Below are positions 27,526-37,623 of a DNA stretch of 64,000 nucleotides, in pieces. The DNA lies in the sequence record OR413585.1; one strand, 5' to 3'. The notes beneath the pieces were generated by a model. The model had not been told where the DNA came from. It worked only from the letters and a program-made list of their open reading frames with translations, and searched no databases. Position numbers and translations under genes: made by a program. Every line of letters starts with the position of its first letter. Position 1 is the stretch's first letter.

Positions 27526-29379
27526 ATGGTAAAAATCGTTGACTCTAACAACAACGCTCAGCAGAACAACACTCAGACTCAAGACACCGCACCACTGGGC
27601 GGTCTGGGCAACGAGACTGTAAAAGTGCAAACTGCTGTGCCGGGTACTTCTACTGTCAGCCAATTCGATAACGCATTTGGCATCCGCAACATCAGCACCT
27701 ATGCAATGCACTTCGTCAACCTCCTGGACGAGCTGAAGAAAAGCAACGAATACCTCAACGCATTCCGCTGGGGTACCATCGCCGGCGTGGGTAACGAAAT
27801 GGGTTCCGCGGCGTATGTCGCAGGCCAATGGCAGGGCCACTGGCTGTATGGTATCATCTTCTTTGAACGCGGTCAGTCTCTGCGTCTGAAAGAAACTACC
27901 AACAACGGCCAGGAAGACTACTACACCATCACTGAACTGTTCAACAAAGACGTGCTGGCAGTAGTACAGAAAAACATCATGGAAGCGCATGGTCTGACCA
28001 ATGCGAACTTCATGATCATCAACTCCGTACCAGACCTGGGTAAAGTTCTGGATGCTGAGTGGGCACGTACTCTGATGGGTCAGATGATGATGGGCATCTT
28101 CGGTCGTATCGCAGGCTACCTGGGTACGCTGAACCTGCGTAAGCATGACCGTTATCAGGCTGCAGTAATGCCGCTGGAAGATGGTGCGGTTGTGGATGCT
28201 AACGGCCACGCACAACGTGCTGATTTCGCAATCACCGTTGAGCACAGCCCAAGCAACGTATCCGACGCCACTCCGACTCTGCTGGACACCAATCAGGTAC
28301 AGGTGTATCCGCGTGTATCCGGTACTGGTTTCGTCAACATGCGTTTCACCGGTCAGAAGCCTGTCGTTAACGGCGTCTACGACCTGAAACAGCTGCAGGC
28401 TGAAATCGTAGTAAGTCTGGTCGATTCTCAAACTGAAGGTGCAATGGCACCGTATGAACGTCAACTGCTGCTGCTGGCTGCATTTGCAGAAATCGCGGCA
28501 ATCGGTGGCTGGCGTGACCTGTTTGTGAAACGTCTGAACAAACAAGATCGCAAGTTCTCCCGTGTGGCAGAATACCTGTCCTGGGGTGCTGACGCTCGTC
28601 CTGATGTATCCAAAATCGACGGTAGCCGTGAAGCTATCGAAGGTTGCCTGGATATGTTCGCACCGCGTGAAGCAGCACTGGTAGTTAGCCATCGTGCCGG
28701 TAACGGTCTGGGTGGTCTGTCTACTATGCTGTCTGAAATTGCGGTCGGTTACGACAACTCTCTGAAACAGCTGCTCGCTATTCTGAATTCCATGTCCCCG
28801 CGTGATCAGAACGGCGAAGTTGTTGCAGCGACCAGCTTCACTGCAGTATTTGCTTCTGCACTGAAAGCACAGCTGGGCGATGCCTTCAATGGTACCATCC
28901 ATTGCAGCCACATCGTGAAAGCAGCCGTACCGACTGTTTCCGGTGTTTACACCGGTACTGCACAGAAACGTAGCTTCCAGGATATGGACCTGATTTCCGT
29001 TGTTACCAAACTGGGTGATAACGCGAACGACGTCTATAGCTACCTGAACGCACAGTCCTACAGCCACCGTGAACTGAACGAGCGTCAACAGCGTATCTAC
29101 ATGCTGAAACTGGCCGCTTCTCTGTTCGCATCCAAAGCACCGCAAGCTACCGGTGAATCTCTGGATATGGCTATCAACCCGATCTTCGGTAAATGCCTGC
29201 TGGACTTCGTCCGTAACAACTGCACCTGGTCTATGACTGGTGTAAATGCCTACAACACGATGGCGACCTCTCTGTTCTTCAACAACGGTGGGGAAGACTT
29301 CACGCTGTCTGGCAACGGCCTGTCTGCAAGCGGTTCCGATTTCGGTCTGGGCGTGTCTCTGAGCAACTTCAAACTGTAA
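27526..29379 (+). CDS. chmA: Chimallin, major phage-nucleus shell protein (617 aa)
   Basis: Size, Q/N/T-rich disordered N-terminus, GHAQRADFAIT resembling chimallin GNPIRADIVVT, strong high-expression codon bias, and position directly upstream of nvRNAP beta'-N. Confidence 0.78.
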   Translation: MVKIVDSNNNAQQNNTQTQDTAPLGGLGNETVKVQTAVPGTSTVSQFDNAFGIRNISTYAMHFVNLLDELKKSNEYLNAFRWGTIAGVGNEMGSAAYVAGQWQGHWLYGIIFFERGQSLRLKETTNNGQEDYYTITELFNKDVLAVVQKNIMEAHGLTNANFMIINSVPDLGKVLDAEWARTLMGQMMMGIFGRIAGYLGTLNLRKHDRYQAAVMPLEDGAVVDANGHAQRADFAITVEHSPSNVSDATPTLLDTNQVQVYPRVSGTGFVNMRFTGQKPVVNGVYDLKQLQAEIVVSLVDSQTEGAMAPYERQLLLLAAFAEIAAIGGWRDLFVKRLNKQDRKFSRVAEYLSWGADARPDVSKIDGSREAIEGCLDMFAPREAALVVSHRAGNGLGGLSTMLSEIAVGYDNSLKQLLAILNSMSPRDQNGEVVAATSFTAVFASALKAQLGDAFNGTIHCSHIVKAAVPTVSGVYTGTAQKRSFQDMDLISVVTKLGDNANDVYSYLNAQSYSHRELNERQQRIYMLKLAASLFASKAPQATGESLDMAINPIFGKCLLDFVRNNCTWSMTGVNAYNTMATSLFFNNGGEDFTLSGNGLSASGSDFGLGVSLSNFKL

Positions 29380-29408
29380 TCGAATCGGTTACTGAGTAGT
29401 TAGGAAAC

Positions 29409-29446
29409 GGACGGGGGCTAACGCCTCCGTCCTTCCCTCTTTTTTT
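29409..29446 (+). terminator. Intrinsic terminator
   Basis: GGACGGGGGC-TAAC-GCCTCCGTCC followed by a pyrimidine/T run. Confidence 0.7.
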
Positions 29447-29461
29447 GTTGAGGTTGACAGA

Positions 29462-30829
29462 GTGAGAAAGGTACCAAAATTCTACGGAATATCCGGCCGG
29501 TTGGTTAGTCAGGATAACTATTTGTCCGATTTGCAAATAGAAGCTGCTGCCAAAGGTATTAAACCACCCACTATTATTAACGATGTCGCCGTTAACGGGG
29601 ATGCGATCGAGGTTGCTGAACTTATCGATCGCATGGTACAGAACAGAATCGTTGACGAAGAACTGAACTCTGCACCGATTTGTAGTTTGGATTGTCCGGC
29701 ACCGATCGCGCATCGTTACAATCTCGGTTGTAAGTGTCCGACGTGTGGCTATGTTGTAACTGAACATCGAATTGAATCCGATGTCTGGTTACGTGCACCC
29801 GATGAAATGGGTAACTTCGTCAACCCACGATTCTGGGCAATGTTCAATGCTTTCTTTAATAGCAAGTTGAAGAAGTTTGAACGTAACAAGGTCACTATCG
29901 AACGCGGTAATGACTTGATGATGTGGATGATTGACCCGTATTACCGTATAGAAGAACCAGACGGTAAACGCGCACATGCTGTGAAACGTGTATTGGAAGA
30001 ACATGGTTTCGTTCGTGGCTTGCGCAATCTGGTTGATAACCACGTTAGTATCTTTAACATCCTTACCACGCCAGAAGCCTGGAAGGAAATCTTCGCACCT
30101 AATCGGCATAACGCCGCTGAAGGTGAACGCTTACGTTTACAATGGAAGGAGCTATTCGAAACGCAACGTCACGCATTCTTCCCAAGACATTTACCGCTAA
30201 TCTCCTCTAAACTTATCGTTACTGAGGAAGGTCGTCGTGGTGTCATGGTAGACCCAGTGTTCACGGGTGCTATTGATGCGGTGAAAAATATCGCGTTGCT
30301 CTATACGCGGCGTAAAGCGATCGAACCACGTTTTCTGATTAGTCGCGCTTTGAAGGCGAACCGTCAGTTAACGTACTTCCACATGGACTTCCGTCGTGAG
30401 TCTATGGAAGGTAAACCGGGTGACTATCGTGCGAAATTGGGTTCTACCCATATCCCGTTCGGTGGTCGTGCAACCATCTCACCTATCTCAGAACCACACG
30501 ATGCCTGGAAGTTAAAAGCACCGTGGCGTTGGATGGTTGGGTTGATGTCGACCCACATCGAGAACAAACTGCTACGACGGGGTTATTCGTCACGGCAGTG
30601 TGAACGTATCGTTGCGAAAGCGGCAATGCAGTATGACCCGCTTGTAGACGAAATCTTTAAAGAACTGATTCGTGAATCCCCAGGCGGTCTTGGGATCATG
30701 GTCATACCGTTACGTAACCCAACGCTGGTACAGTTGTCTATTCAAACGCTGTACATCGATGAAGTTGTTACCGATGTTAACCAGTGTTCGCTGCGTATCT
30801 CTGACCGTGTGATCAAGATGGCTAACGGT
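29462..30829 (+). CDS. Non-virion RNA polymerase beta' N-terminal subunit, exon 1
   Basis: Zn-ribbon CKCPTCG, GGRATISP and LRNPTL motifs; the exon ends at ..MANG just before the catalytic DFDGD. Confidence 0.85.
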
Positions 30830-31185
30830 TCGAAAAGAGCCCCATCGGACGGGAAACCTCTGATGCGTATTCTCCTGAAATGCTGGGAAACCCTAAAGCG
30901 TATCTACCAGAAATGGGGACGAAAGTCTGAAACAACAGATACGATGACCTACGCTAAACAATACTGCTAAGGGTTGTGTTGATGGGTAATCAGCAGCGAA
31001 GCCTCGTGAGAGGAACGTTCAACGACTATCGCTGAAATGCGAGTAGGGGTCCTAGTGGACTTCGAAGTGGGAGAACACCTAAGGCGAAAGCTATGGTGAA
31101 GATATAGTCTGTGCCTTATCGAGAGATAAGGAGGGTGTCTTAGCACACCTGCTGTATACGGAAACGGTATACGGTGGACAAACAG
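30830..31185 (+). mobile_element. Group I intron (IA-like, 356 nt, no homing endonuclease ORF)
   Basis: P1 GGT|TC-GAAAA-GAGCC with U.G pair; P AAATGCTGGGAA; Q AATCAGCAGC; R GTTCAACGACTAT; S AAGATATAGTCT; P3 TTCTCC/GGAGAA; P7.1 and P7.2 hairpins; terminal G. Splicing restores the frame N-G-D-F-D-G-D. Confidence 0.9.
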
Positions 31186-31413
31186 GATTTTGATGGTGAC
31201 CAGTTCCAGGTACGTTTGCCAGTCGATGAAACTGAGATGAAGTTGGCGCTCCAATTCCGTCCGGATAACGGCTTTATGTCTTCTACTGATGTGGACCGCG
31301 TAGAACACGGCATGGTTTTACATAACGAGCTAATCAGTATGCAGAACCAGTTCCTTATTGAAGCAGATGAGGATGATGAAGAAGGCATTCCGTTGGAAGC
31401 GGTGATGGGCTAA
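31186..31413 (+). CDS. Non-virion RNA polymerase beta' N-terminal subunit, exon 2
   Basis: Begins DFDGDQ (catalytic aspartate triad); joined product is 531 aa. Confidence 0.85.
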   Translation, partial: DFDGDQFQVRLPVDETEMKLALQFRPDNGFMSSTDVDRVEHGMVLHNELISMQNQFLIEADEDDEEGIPLEAVMG

Positions 31414-31426
31414 TAGGAGTATTGTA

Positions 31427-32008
31427 ATGTGGCTACAAGGTAGCACGGTGTGGACGAAACAGACCGAAGGTAGCGGGGCACTCAGCGTATTCAAAGAATC
31501 GTTTTCGCTGTCTAGCCTGGCACCCGATCTCGTTGACCGTGTAAAAGAACATTGTCAGGACTTAATCTCACTGGAGCGTTTCCGTGAAACATTCAGTACC
31601 GCACGTAAATTACGTTATAGCGATGCGGTAGAGATGGTAAGACAGATCGAAGAGTTGGGTGAATTCCAGTTCGCCAATGCTGCTTTACAGCCATTCCTCG
31701 TTGCCATGCCGGAATATCGTAAGTTGTATAATGACGGTATGGCGACTGGTTATGAGAACGGCTTTTCGCGGTTGGATGTGTTCAAAGGCAATGCGTATAT
31801 GCGTACCGATGACCACTTCCGCGAAGCAACATCGGGCATTTCGACGAAGTACGATGAAGATAAGATTTGGCAATGGGCTACCAATGAAGATCGTGCAGTA
31901 CGACTGAGTCGAATCGATAAAGTGGATATTCAACTTAACTGGGCACGCATGTCAGCTTTCGACTGGGAAGATGGTGATCCCTGTTCGGAACTTGGCGCGA
32001 CGTGTTAA
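31427..32008 (+). CDS. Conserved hypothetical protein (193 aa)
   Basis: AGGAG RBS, intact ORF. Confidence 0.75.
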   Translation: MWLQGSTVWTKQTEGSGALSVFKESFSLSSLAPDLVDRVKEHCQDLISLERFRETFSTARKLRYSDAVEMVRQIEELGEFQFANAALQPFLVAMPEYRKLYNDGMATGYENGFSRLDVFKGNAYMRTDDHFREATSGISTKYDEDKIWQWATNEDRAVRLSRIDKVDIQLNWARMSAFDWEDGDPCSELGATC

Positions 32009-32015
32009 AAAAGAT

Positions 32016-32040
32016 GGGGCTTCGGCCCCTCTTTTTTTCT
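32016..32040 (+). terminator. Intrinsic terminator (possibly bidirectional)
   Basis: GGGGC-TTCG-GCCCC with an A run upstream and a T run downstream. Confidence 0.75.
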
Positions 32041-32090
32041 TCACTGGGGGCTGTATGCAGCATCCTACCTTGAATTTGACAGGAGCTAAC

Positions 32091-32477
32091 ATGATTGCGG
32101 TAGGAACCTTATCCACACGTGGCTGGGCACGTACACCCCAGGAAAAGGCGCGTGAGCTGATGAACCATTACACCGAGTCTGGCTATAGCCAATCGGTGGT
32201 TTATCGTGGGAACATTAAATCACTTGCGTATACGCAAGCTGTGTTTGCACAAGATCCCGACGGGATGGTTGCCCAGATTAAAATGGATTTGGAGAACCTC
32301 TACGGGAACGTATTTCCTGCTGGCGTTGAAGTTGAAACCAGCTGGGAGTTTTTAAAAGATTCAGATGTGCGTTACCGCATCTTCATTAGTGTCCGTGTGC
32401 AAGAAGTTGTAGACGGTGAATGGTACGATGTTGAGCGGTACGTGGATACCGAGTCGAGTGCGATTGAGGATATGTAA
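32091..32477 (+). CDS. Hypothetical protein, possibly T4 gp25-like baseplate wedge protein (128 aa)
   Basis: Start moved to the ATG after AGGAG; TATG at 32054; IKMDLENLYGNVFPAGVEVE..YRIFISVRV pattern is reminiscent of the gp25 fold (weak). Confidence 0.45.
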   Translation: MIAVGTLSTRGWARTPQEKARELMNHYTESGYSQSVVYRGNIKSLAYTQAVFAQDPDGMVAQIKMDLENLYGNVFPAGVEVETSWEFLKDSDVRYRIFISVRVQEVVDGEWYDVERYVDTESSAIEDM

Positions 32478-33151
32478 TGAGCCAGGAACCTACATTTAAC
32501 GGTGTACCGTTAAGTCAGATGAATGAGCAGATGCGCTTTGAGTATAACAAACTCAAAGAGATTGAAAACGATTTGGCGGAAAGCCAGAACGTCTGTAGTG
32601 TCTTCACCGAAGCACAGTTCCGTCGCCAGGGCTTACCACTGCTGTCCGGGATGCTTGATGGTACTTTTAACGAAGAGACCTGGACGGCTTACGTAGGAAG
32701 TCCATTTGTACCCCTACAGATTGTGGACGATGCTGATAACAGCAAACTGCTATTTACCATCCCTGCTCTGTTGAACACCGGTCGCTCGTTAATCACCGTT
32801 GACGGCGAACCCTCCCTCTCCGATGAGACTGAGTACATCCGTCGTCAGGTTGATGTGATTGCAACCGTCGGTGAAACCCAGATGTACAAGATGATCGATT
32901 ACACCTTAACCGGGATCGAAAATATGTCTCTGGCTGAAAATTCAGTTCGTGCGAAGTACATTATTGACTTGCTGAACTGGATTTTCCGACGCTACGGTGT
33001 GGGTGGTCAATTGCCATATCCGGAAGGGTTGGTTGAATACGTCGATAAAATTACCGGCGGTAAAAACACGGCGACAGCTGCAGAGACTTCGGTGCAAGCC
33101 CCAGCTCAAACGCAGCCAATCGTAGGGATCGGTGATGGAGAAGATTACTAA
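32477..33151 (+). CDS. Conserved hypothetical protein (224 aa)
   Basis: TAATG coupling, GAGG RBS. Confidence 0.72.
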   Translation: MSQEPTFNGVPLSQMNEQMRFEYNKLKEIENDLAESQNVCSVFTEAQFRRQGLPLLSGMLDGTFNEETWTAYVGSPFVPLQIVDDADNSKLLFTIPALLNTGRSLITVDGEPSLSDETEYIRRQVDVIATVGETQMYKMIDYTLTGIENMSLAENSVRAKYIIDLLNWIFRRYGVGGQLPYPEGLVEYVDKITGGKNTATAAETSVQAPAQTQPIVGIGDGEDY

Positions 33152-34283
33152 ACCTCCTAAGAAACCAGAAGGCGTTAAGCGCCTTTTGAACACTAACGAT
33201 ATCCATTTGTTGCATAAACGTGTGCCTACTTGGCACATCGTGGATGTGATACGTGAGGTACTCATTAGCTGCGAAAATACGCTTGATGCCTTTTATATAG
33301 CAGGGGATTTATTTGATGATTCCCGACATCTTCGCCAGGAAGATTCTCAAGAAGCTGTGGGCTTCTTGACGTGGTTGCTCCAGTGGTCTAAGGCCACTAA
33401 TACCGCAGTTCGCATCGTTGAGGGAACACCGTCCCATGACCATGGCCAGTCCAAAATAGTTGAGTCGCTGAACATCAGTATAGGCGCAGACTGTTTGTAT
33501 TTGGCAGGGATCGGGATATTTTACGATCCGGCTCTCGATGCGATGGTAGGTTGGGTGCAGGACGAATATAAAGCTGCTGGCGTCGATGAAATTAATGCTG
33601 CTGCCACTGAGGCAGAAATGGCAGAACTGATGGCGACACGAGGCTTGGAGAAGTTAGACTTTATCTTCATGCACGGCTGCTTCCAGTTTCAACTCCCTGT
33701 CGAGTCCCCTCGTTCTTTCCACGAGGAGTTCTGGTTGCCGAGAGTCAAGCACCTGATATTTATCGGGCATGACCATCGACCCAAGGAATTAGACAAGATA
33801 AGAGTTGTAGGTAGTCCTGAGCGACTATCTCAAGGTGAAGAGGAGGACAAAGGCGTAGCTCTTGTCGATTTCACCGATACGGTTGCCAGGGATTATTTCC
33901 TGGTTAATCCACGCGCGTGCCCGCAGAAAAAGATTCGGGCACAGGAAGACTTTGATGCGCAGTTAGCAGCTTGTCTTTCTGCATTAGAATACATCGACAA
34001 TCATCCCTCGTCCGCTATTGGGCGATTTGAGGTCGAGTATTACGCAGGCTCACCGATGGCCGAATACGTCAGTCGGTGGAAAAAAGAATACACGTTCCAC
34101 ATTTCTGGAGAGCGTGTGCGCTCCTCTGAAGAGGAGGAGTTGTTAGTGAAGAGTTTTTCGAACGAAGCCCCAGTGTACGAAAAACCTACTCCTGAGAACT
34201 TCGAACGGTTGGTTCTCGAAGAGCTAACATCAGTGAAGTACGACCCTGATGTTGTTACTGCAATCATTAGGAAAATAGAATGA
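33132..34283 (+). CDS. Mre11/SbcD-like metallophosphoesterase nuclease
   Basis: Calcineurin-like motifs NDIHL, AGDLFD, GTPSHD, FMHG and IGHDH. Confidence 0.8.
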   Translation: MMEKITKPPKKPEGVKRLLNTNDIHLLHKRVPTWHIVDVIREVLISCENTLDAFYIAGDLFDDSRHLRQEDSQEAVGFLTWLLQWSKATNTAVRIVEGTPSHDHGQSKIVESLNISIGADCLYLAGIGIFYDPALDAMVGWVQDEYKAAGVDEINAAATEAEMAELMATRGLEKLDFIFMHGCFQFQLPVESPRSFHEEFWLPRVKHLIFIGHDHRPKELDKIRVVGSPERLSQGEEEDKGVALVDFTDTVARDYFLVNPRACPQKKIRAQEDFDAQLAACLSALEYIDNHPSSAIGRFEVEYYAGSPMAEYVSRWKKEYTFHISGERVRSSEEEELLVKSFSNEAPVYEKPTPENFERLVLEELTSVKYDPDVVTAIIRKIE

Positions 34284-35116
34284 ATCCAATCAGTGTTGAT
34301 CGCACTTTCGGGTTCTATTCAGTGTCAATCGCCAGTTCGCTGGCGTTTGAAGGTCTGCTGCATACCGGCGAATACGCCGACTGGAAAGGCGAATTGCCTA
34401 TCCATTCCTATCAGGAAATATACCTGAATCTCCGGACATTGTTCCGTAACGCCTTCTATGCGTTTGAAGAGAATAGAGAACGGTTAACACCCGACGTGAT
34501 GCTAACATCGATTGAAGAAGATATTAATAATCTTACGGCTACCGCGAGAGCGGTAGCCCCTTCGGTGTTATGCGTTCCGTACCTTTGTAGCTATCGTAGC
34601 GCTAACAAAGTGTTTCCCGAAGCCTCGTTCAAAAACATTGCAGGCGGTCAGGATAAGATGACGCCAAACCAGCTGCACTATAATGCGCTGGAACACGACA
34701 CCTTAAAAATGTACGGTGAGAAACACGAAAATGACTTCCGTCAATTCGATGTTTTCCCAGAGGGTAGCCGCGACACACTGTTACTGACCCACATGCCAGC
34801 TGATCTCCTGGCACGTAAAGATTTCCCTAAACTGGGTTTGTTGGAATCACACACCGGTAAAGTGAAAACACAACTGGAGTGGTACACCAAACTTAACGGG
34901 AAACCCCAACATATTCCGTTTAACAAAGCGTTCCTGACGTTGTTTGGCGACGGGATAATGTTTTCACCCCTCGATCGCAAAACGCGTGGGGTGGTGTTAA
35001 AAACCGCAGAGAAGTACAGCTGGAAACAGGATACCACAATGGACCGTATTTATAACTGTCTAAAACTGGTGAATGAGCCATTTGTAATTGAACTGCTCCG
35101 CAGGCTTATGAAGTAA
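34280..35116 (+). CDS. Conserved hypothetical protein (278 aa)
   Basis: ATGA coupling to the nuclease gene; core-block position. Confidence 0.7.
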   Translation: MNPISVDRTFGFYSVSIASSLAFEGLLHTGEYADWKGELPIHSYQEIYLNLRTLFRNAFYAFEENRERLTPDVMLTSIEEDINNLTATARAVAPSVLCVPYLCSYRSANKVFPEASFKNIAGGQDKMTPNQLHYNALEHDTLKMYGEKHENDFRQFDVFPEGSRDTLLLTHMPADLLARKDFPKLGLLESHTGKVKTQLEWYTKLNGKPQHIPFNKAFLTLFGDGIMFSPLDRKTRGVVLKTAEKYSWKQDTTMDRIYNCLKLVNEPFVIELLRRLMK

Positions 35117-35181
35117 GTTAAAATTTACGTTAGTGGGACATCATGTGTGAACCACTAGACTGCTTTTCCGAAAAGGATGAA

Positions 35182-35841
35182 ATGATGATTAACCAAGAAA
35201 TTTTCAAAGACAAATGGCTTTACCCGCAGACCGAACCGGATCAGCAAAACCGTACGCGTAAACTCAACATCGAACCGAATGATTTCAACGGCGATGTTGA
35301 AACTATGAAGTTTAGCTACTCCTTTGGTAAGGGCGAAGGTCTCTATTTCTCTGCGCCGATTACGGTTTGCCGTACCATTATCGAAGCTCTGCAGGATTGT
35401 CTGCGTAAGAGCGAAAAGAGTATGCTGAAGTTTACTAACGAAAACGGCAACAAACCGCCCGTTAGTCTGATTGTTGGCCGTGAAGACAACCTGGTACCGT
35501 TCATCGCTATTGCCGGTGAAATCCAGGGCGTTGGTGCCCGCCAGAAGAAGTTCTACTTCTCCTACCCGAAAGGTTTCCGTATTTTCCGCGACGGTCAGCA
35601 GGTTTCTGATTTAGAACTTGCCGAGCGCTGCGCACGTGCGTTTATCACTAACTTCGAGAAGTTCTTACAGAACCTGGAAGAGAAATATAAGCCGCGTGAA
35701 TTCCAGCAAGGTGGTGGTAGCTTCGGTCGTGGTGGATATGGTGGTGGCCAGGGTGGTGGTCAGCGTAGCGGCGGCGGTTATCAACAGCAGCAACAATCTG
35801 CACCTCCAGCAACCACTGATTCTTACGACGAATTCCTCTAA
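35182..35841 (+). CDS. ChmC-like nucleic-acid-binding protein with Gly/Gln-rich tail
   Basis: Start moved to the ATG after AAGGA; C-terminal GGGSFGRGGYGGGQGGG..QQQQQ..DSYDEFL; directly upstream of the sigma-like gene, as for ChmC (synteny). Confidence 0.55.
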   Translation: MMINQEIFKDKWLYPQTEPDQQNRTRKLNIEPNDFNGDVETMKFSYSFGKGEGLYFSAPITVCRTIIEALQDCLRKSEKSMLKFTNENGNKPPVSLIVGREDNLVPFIAIAGEIQGVGARQKKFYFSYPKGFRIFRDGQQVSDLELAERCARAFITNFEKFLQNLEEKYKPREFQQGGGSFGRGGYGGGQGGGQRSGGGYQQQQQSAPPATTDSYDEFL

Positions 35842-35860
35842 GAAACAAAATAAAAAATAC

Positions 35861-35880
35861 GCCCAAGGGAAACCTTGGGC
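35861..35880. terminator. Hairpin, probably a minus-strand terminator or processing site
   Basis: GCCCAAGG-GAAA-CCTTGGGC preceded by an A-rich run. Confidence 0.55.
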
Positions 35881-35927
35881 TATTAACGCTTATGCGTGGT
35901 CCTGCAACACACACTGTAAGAAGATTT

Positions 35928-35942
35928 AGATAGATATTATCT
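35928..35942 (+). promoter_or_regulatory. Candidate early promoter/operator AGATAGATATTATCT
   Basis: Exact 15-mer also at 37344 and 41087. Confidence 0.6.
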
Positions 35943-35976
35943 CAGTGCAATCGACTATTCGCGGAGTTCAACTATA

Positions 35977-37611
35977 ATGAAAATTATGAAGATTAAAGAC
36001 CGGATGACAATCGAGCATCATGGTCAAGAGGTCACATTTATTGGCTTACGTTATCGGAAGGATAACAACGCACCCGACTACATCACTGTTAAAGGTAAAC
36101 AGATTGCACGCGACAACATTCTCTTCATGGAATTACAACGCGTGTGGGATTATTTAACGCCAGACGAACAAGATGAACTGTTCATGGCGTATCTGATGCT
36201 GGACGAGCTGGCAAACGAATCGACGGAAACGCAGCGTAAGCACATGCCGAAGATTGTGCAGACGATTGCGAAGTTCCACAAGGCCGAAGTGTATCGTAAG
36301 CTGTATCCCATCGATAAGCTGTGGATTCCGCAGAACATGGAAGATACGCACGATGAAATGAACAGTAATTATCCGGAAGCGATGACGTACATTCGTCCGG
36401 ACTATTACGAGTTGTTGATACTGGTCCTGATGATTAAACCGTATATTCCGGTGTTCCTCACCATGGGGACGTTCCCGATAGGTAAGAACTTGCCAATCGA
36501 AACACATCGGAAAATGGTGTACAATCTGACATACTGTCTGGAGATGCTTCAAGACACAGAAGTCATGTCTTTACCTGCTATTCCGAAACTGCGTGGGTTC
36601 CTACAGACAGTGATGGAAAAGGTAGAAAAAGAACTGGCAAACAAAGGTACGAACAGCACCAGTTTGTCGGTACTGGCTACGGTGCGGGGCTATGGCACGG
36701 ATATGATGGAAGATTATATCCTGGCGTATGCTATTATTAAATTGTTGGCTGTCCGTGAAGTCGGTGGTGAATTACCGGTTGAAATCATGGTTAACAACAA
36801 TATCGTCACCGGCATGTATTTTCTGGTTAAACAAGAGATTGAAACAGGTTTTGCAAACAAAATCTCTAACCAGCCGGTGCTGTTAAAAGCGCATCCGGAA
36901 AGTGTGGTATTCAATGGCGAAAAGGGTAAGATAAACGCCATGGATTTGGTGCAGGCGCGTTCTCCTGCACAGATGAAAGAATACGTCCGTACCGAGTACG
37001 TATTTAAAGAATACCGCTCTTTCTTGAAAACAATGCGTCTGGATAATGCCGCTCCAGCAGATGTTAAGTTATTGATTGATTCGCAACTGGCAACACATGA
37101 CGGTCCTGTCTATACGTTGCACGAATGGTTAGTCGCGTTAGCACTCCATCGTAGCGTGCATTATAAGACGTATACTGAATGTGGACCAGAAGCGTTTCGC
37201 TACGGTATGGCGTTGGCGCAGGCAACTTATCTCAATTATGGAATGTACGACGTTGCGCAACTGTTAAGTTGCAATATGGTGCGTTCTGAGATGTCTGCCG
37301 GTTATGCAGCCGACCCAATTCGATCTGAACTCAAAGCAGATTTAGATAGATATTATCTTCAGGAGTATCGCAACCCGCGTAATCTCGAACCGCAATCTAC
37401 ACCACGGGAATCACTGACCTTGTTACACAAGGATCACATCAACCCGTATCTGTTCCATCTCAGGGCTACACCAGAAGCAGCTGCGCTGCTGAAGTGTGAG
37501 ACGGATCAGCCAAACTATATACCTCACTTGTCACTGCACAATAGCCTGGCGGAGTTTATGGTGTTGAATGCACGTCGCAAGTTAGAAGAAGTTGAATGGT
37601 TTAATTCTTAA
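35977..37611 (+). CDS. Probable nvRNAP promoter-specificity (sigma-like, phiKZ gp68-type) subunit
   Basis: 544 aa; assigned by size and position in the conserved block before the PicA-like, beta and beta' genes. Confidence 0.55.
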   Translation: MKIMKIKDRMTIEHHGQEVTFIGLRYRKDNNAPDYITVKGKQIARDNILFMELQRVWDYLTPDEQDELFMAYLMLDELANESTETQRKHMPKIVQTIAKFHKAEVYRKLYPIDKLWIPQNMEDTHDEMNSNYPEAMTYIRPDYYELLILVLMIKPYIPVFLTMGTFPIGKNLPIETHRKMVYNLTYCLEMLQDTEVMSLPAIPKLRGFLQTVMEKVEKELANKGTNSTSLSVLATVRGYGTDMMEDYILAYAIIKLLAVREVGGELPVEIMVNNNIVTGMYFLVKQEIETGFANKISNQPVLLKAHPESVVFNGEKGKINAMDLVQARSPAQMKEYVRTEYVFKEYRSFLKTMRLDNAAPADVKLLIDSQLATHDGPVYTLHEWLVALALHRSVHYKTYTECGPEAFRYGMALAQATYLNYGMYDVAQLLSCNMVRSEMSAGYAADPIRSELKADLDRYYLQEYRNPRNLEPQSTPRESLTLLHKDHINPYLFHLRATPEAAALLKCETDQPNYIPHLSLHNSLAEFMVLNARRKLEEVEWFNS

Positions 37612-37623
37612 GGAGTATTTAAA

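Noticed and set aside
27415-29145. 576-aa ORF antisense to chimallin
   Set aside because: Shadow of a highly codon-biased gene (few TTA/CTA/TCA codons); no RBS or recognisable motifs.
30830-31185. Homing endonuclease inside the group I intron
   Set aside because: The intron is 356 nt and fully accounted for by core helices; the apparent 46-codon extension is read-through of exon 1.
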